Source: Octopus vulgaris (taxonomy: Eukaryota). From it: 64,000 nt of DNA. Positions within the stretch are counted from its first letter, which is position 1. Each line of letters begins with the position of its first letter. Below are positions 59,744 through 64,000 of this stretch, piece after piece. The stretch lies in NCBI GenBank assembly GCA_951406725.2, contig OX597817.1, forward strand, positions 160,084,001 through 160,148,000, read 5' to 3'. Both the position numbers and the translations under genes were made by a program. Below the pieces are notes generated by a model. The model worked only from the letters and a program-made list of their open reading frames with translations, did not search any database and was not told where the DNA came from.

Positions 59744-59744
59744 A

Positions 59745-60203
<459 letters not shown>

Positions 60204-60494
60204 AAATCCCGAAATATAACAATATCTGTTTTATCACAAGGTTTCACATCAGGAATATTGCAACACAAATTGATAAATGTAACATGAGCCTCAACAAAGA
60301 TGGCAAGACGTTGAAAGACACTATATTTTGTTGTCTCAAAAAGATCATCAACAACACAACAACTTCACTTCGCAAAACTATGTGTCTCCTCCAGAACTTA
60401 CACTAACACGATGACTAATAATGTCGAAAGACCACAGCTAACAAGGGGACAGGCTGAAAGTCTAAAAGGAACACTATATATATATATATATATA

Positions 60495-61191
60495 TAAAAA
60501 GCAATAAAGATTCAAGTTAATTTAAATGAATTTACTTGAATATGGTACCTAACTAGATGCACCAAAAAAAACTATACTGATTTAACAATAAGTAATGTGG
60601 GGTGATTATGCAGCGAGAATGAAGCAACAAGAATGGATAGGTTTTTAGTACAATCGTTTCATACAAGTGATATTATATAGCATATAAACAGTGTCCCGTA
60701 CTCAAACTATATATTCTCTATATATGATGTAGATAATTAAGTAACATAAACAGATTTCAAAAGTTCATTAAAGTTCTTATAAAGATGATGTACAGTCTTA
60801 TCACAGAATTTTAAAAAAGTCTTAATAGCATCACAGAGAAGGTGACCTAATCCATAGTGCACATATGAATTTCCAGAGATATGTGCACTATGGATTAGGT
60901 CACCTTCTCTGTGATGCTATTAAGAATTTTTTTAAAATTCTGTGATAAGGACTGTACATCATCTTTAAAGAACTTTAATGAACTTTTGAAATCTGTTTAT
61001 GTTACTTAATTATCTACATTACTTCATGAGTATAGCCTCAACCACTAGGATGTCTAGAGAACTCACATGTATTTTAGCTGATGAGTACGGGACACGTTTA
61101 TATGCTGTAATTTTTGCAGCTTTTAATAAAACCTGTCCTTGTATGAAACGATTGTACTAAAAACCTATCCATTCTTGTTGCTTCATTCTCG
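60495..61191. mobile_element. Fold-back Penelope-like module: arms 60614-60866 / 60879-61191 plus tail, in (TA)n
   Basis: Long inverted repeat with 12-nt spacer. Confidence 0.85.
61072..61162 (+). ncRNA. Type I hammerhead ribozyme motif with extended stem II
   Basis: uuuuag CUGAUGA guacgggaca...uguccuuguau GAAAC gauu GUA cuaaaa. Confidence 0.85.
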
Positions 61192-61213
61192 TATATATAT
61201 ATATATATATATT

Positions 61214-61405
61214 ATTTTATAGAAGGAGCTTCTACAGGACTAGAACTGTTTCATTCAAAAGAAATCATCAGGAGCTTCCTGATGATTTCTTTTGAATGAA
61301 ACAGTTCTAGTCCTGTAGAACTCCTTCTATAAAATAAATTAATTTACTCTGCTATGTATTGAGTACCTTATTTACTGTGGTTAACCCCGACTCAACCCGG
61401 GACCT
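61214..61405 (+). mobile_element. Fold-back module (hairpin 61214-61335) plus tail, in (TA)n
   Basis: ~59-bp arms with a 3-nt loop. Confidence 0.85.
61271..61324 (+). ncRNA. Type I hammerhead ribozyme motif
   Basis: ggagcuuc CUGAUGA uuuc-uuuu-gaau GAAACAG uucuaguc CUGUA gaa(g)cucc; the missing G is present in the mirrored arm. Confidence 0.7.
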
Positions 61406-61429
61406 ACATATACATATATATATATATAA

Positions 61430-61820
61430 AGTTAATCCAACAAGAAAACAAAGAAAACAACAACGCAAGGAGGTGGAACAATTAAAGTATTATTAGGTGC
61501 TCAGGAAAAAAGGGAAGAAGGAGGGTATGACGTTTCGAGCGGAGCTCTTCGTCGAAAACATAGGAGAAAGAAAGATCCCGAGGTGGGAGGACAGAGGGAA
61601 AAAATGCAAGTGGTCTCACGAGATCAACATATATATAGTTAATTCAAAGAACAACAAACACAAGAAAACAACAACGCGAAGACGTGGTACATGTAAAGTA
61701 TTAGCAGATGTTCAGGGAAGGAAAGAAAGATGGTTTAACATTTCAAGCAAACGCTCTTCTTCGGGAACAGAAGAAACTCCAATAAAAAGGAAGACGGAAG
61801 AAAAAAATGTGGTTACATTT

Positions 61821-61822
<2 letters not shown>
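61430..61822 (-). mobile_element. Two tandem Penelope-like pLTR modules with decayed hammerhead cores (61525-61559, ~61733-61766)
   Basis: Homologous to 38302-38510. Confidence 0.65.
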
Positions 61823-61880
<58 letters not shown>

Positions 61881-61881
<1 letters not shown>

Positions 61882-62055
61882 GTGACAATTATTTGGTAGC
61901 CAAGGTAAAACTCTGATAAAACTCGGCATCCGAAAACTCAGAGCTTTATCTTGGCTACCGAATATTTGTCACACATTACATTTACAGATAAATTCCTCTA
62001 TTTACATAATATTGAGGTCTCTCTCTTTCTTTTGTTATCTTACCGCTTTTACCAA
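61881..62055 (+). mobile_element. Short fold-back module, same family as 17120-17407
   Basis: Hairpin 61881-61973; tail CCTCTATTTACATAATATTGAGGTCTCT...TTTTACCAA shared. Confidence 0.85.
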
Positions 62056-62152
62056 TATATATATATATATATATATACATACATATACATATACACACAT
62101 ACATATATACGTATATATATGTATATATAAATGAATATACATATAAATATAC

Positions 62153-62221
<69 letters not shown>

Positions 62222-62239
62222 TCCGTGTTCATATGTATA

Positions 62240-62292
<53 letters not shown>

Positions 62293-62573
62293 ACATATGT
62301 ATATGGCTATACATGCAAATATATATGTGTGTGCGTGTGCGCGCGCGCATAAATTAATGATTGACAAAAGAACAGGTGTTGCGTAATCACCATTAATATA
62401 CAGCTGTTTCTGGTATAAAGATATATACATACACATACTTGCATATGTTCTAAAGTGCATGACAGATGTGATTGCATTTATAATTGCTTCTGAAGAAGTC
62501 ACTTGTACTTAAAAATCTGACTGTAGCAAACAGTCAACAAGTCTATTGATTTCATATGATCAGTATGTAGTAT

Positions 62574-62958
62574 GTGGAGGCGCAATGGCCCAGTGGTTAG
62601 GGCAGCGGACTCGCGGTCATAGAATCGCGGTTTCGATTCCCAGACCGGGCGTTGTGAGTGTTTATTGAGCGAAAACACCTAAAAGCTCCACGCGGCTCCG
62701 GCAGGGGATGGTGGTGATCCCTGCTGTACTCTTTCACCACAACTTTCTCTCACTCTTACTTCCTGTTTCTGTTGTACCTGTATTTCAAAGAGCCGGCCTT
62801 GTCACTCTCTGTGTCACGCTGAATATCCCCGAGAACTACGTTAAGGGTGCACGTGTCTGTGGAGTGCTCAGCCACCTACACGTTAATTTCACGAGTAGGC
62901 TGTTCCGTTGATCGGATCAACCGGAACCCTCATCGTCGTAACCGACGGAGTGATTCCA
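62574..62958 (+). mobile_element. SINE family A with TSD ATGTAGTATGT
   Basis: Full-length copy with flanking direct repeat. Confidence 0.92.
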
Positions 62959-63232
62959 TCCATGTAGTATGTAGATCATATGAGTAAACCATTCCACACT
63001 TTATTCTTATGTCATATGCTATTTATGTGTACTTTACGATACCATGCAACCCTTCTGCATTTTATTAACCATCTAAAAACACGAATTCCCCACTCCCTCA
63101 AGGATCTGCTTTAGAGCTTAATGGAACATATGAAATGCTTACTCATTAGGTATATATCGTAGGTTTTAATAGATATTTCGAAAACATAACTTCGTGTGTA
63201 TATGTTTATACTCATTTATGTATATATTATTT

Positions 63233-63828
63233 TTTTATTGCCCACAAGGGGCTAAACACAGAGGGGACAAACAAGGACAGACAAACGGATTAAGTCGATT
63301 ACATCGACCCCAGTGCGTAACTGGTACTTAATTTATCGACCCCGAAAGGATGAAAGGCAAAGTCGACCTCGGCGGAATTTGAACTCACAACGTAACGGCA
63401 GACGAAATACCTATTCCTTTACTACCCACAAGGGGCTAAACACAGAGGGGACAAACAAGGACAGACAAACGGATTAAGTCGATTACATCGACCCCAGTGC
63501 GGAACTGGTACTTAATTTATCGACCCCGAAAGGATGAAAGGCAAAGTCGTCCTCGGCGGAATTTGAACTCAGAACGTAACGGCAGACGAAATACCTATTT
63601 CTTTATTACCCACAAGGGGCTAAACACAGAGGGGACAAACAAGGACAGACAAACGGATTAAGTCGATTACATCGACCCCAGTGCGGAACTGGTACTTAAT
63701 TTATCGACCCCGAAAGGATGAAAGGCAAAGTCGTCCTCGGCGGAATTTGAACTCAGAATGTAACGGCAGACGAAATACTGCTAAGCATTTCGCCCGGCGT
63801 GCTAACGTTTCTGCCAGCTCGCCGCCTT
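63233..63828 (-). mobile_element. SINE family C2: one head plus three tandem 184-bp modules
   Basis: CCCACAAGGGG at 63241, 63425 and 63609. Confidence 0.92.
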
Positions 63829-64000
63829 CTCATTTATGTATATATGCCACAGAAAATCCTCAAACTAGGCACCGATATCTAAGCGTTATCTAAGTTTTGA
63901 ATGGTTTTACAAATGAGTCTTTTATCGCTAGGGCAGATGAAATTAACACATTTGACAGGGCCTTTATTTAAAAGGCACCAGCTAAAGACCTGTGTCCATT

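Overview
AT-rich, repeat-saturated eukaryotic DNA with no confidently identifiable host gene. It is most likely intronic or intergenic octopus (coleoid cephalopod) sequence, inferred from the tRNA-SINE families and microsatellite load rather than from a database search. Nearly all listed ORFs are microsatellite or SINE artefacts. Content: four tRNA-headed SINE groups (about 40 copies), decayed Tc1/mariner transposases, a complete non-autonomous Helitron, 3' ends of CR1-like and Tx1-like LINEs, an R4/Dong-like RLE retrotransposon fragment, a partly inverted-duplicated 28S rRNA fragment and a SINE-derived 178-bp tandem array. The most notable signal is a set of short non-coding modules, mostly sitting in (TA)n arrays and often folded as long inverted repeats with a one-sided tail. 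They carry about 10 type I hammerhead-ribozyme motifs from several unrelated sequence families (Penelope pseudo-LTR or retrozyme-like). Coordinates were read by eye and are approximate to a few bp.
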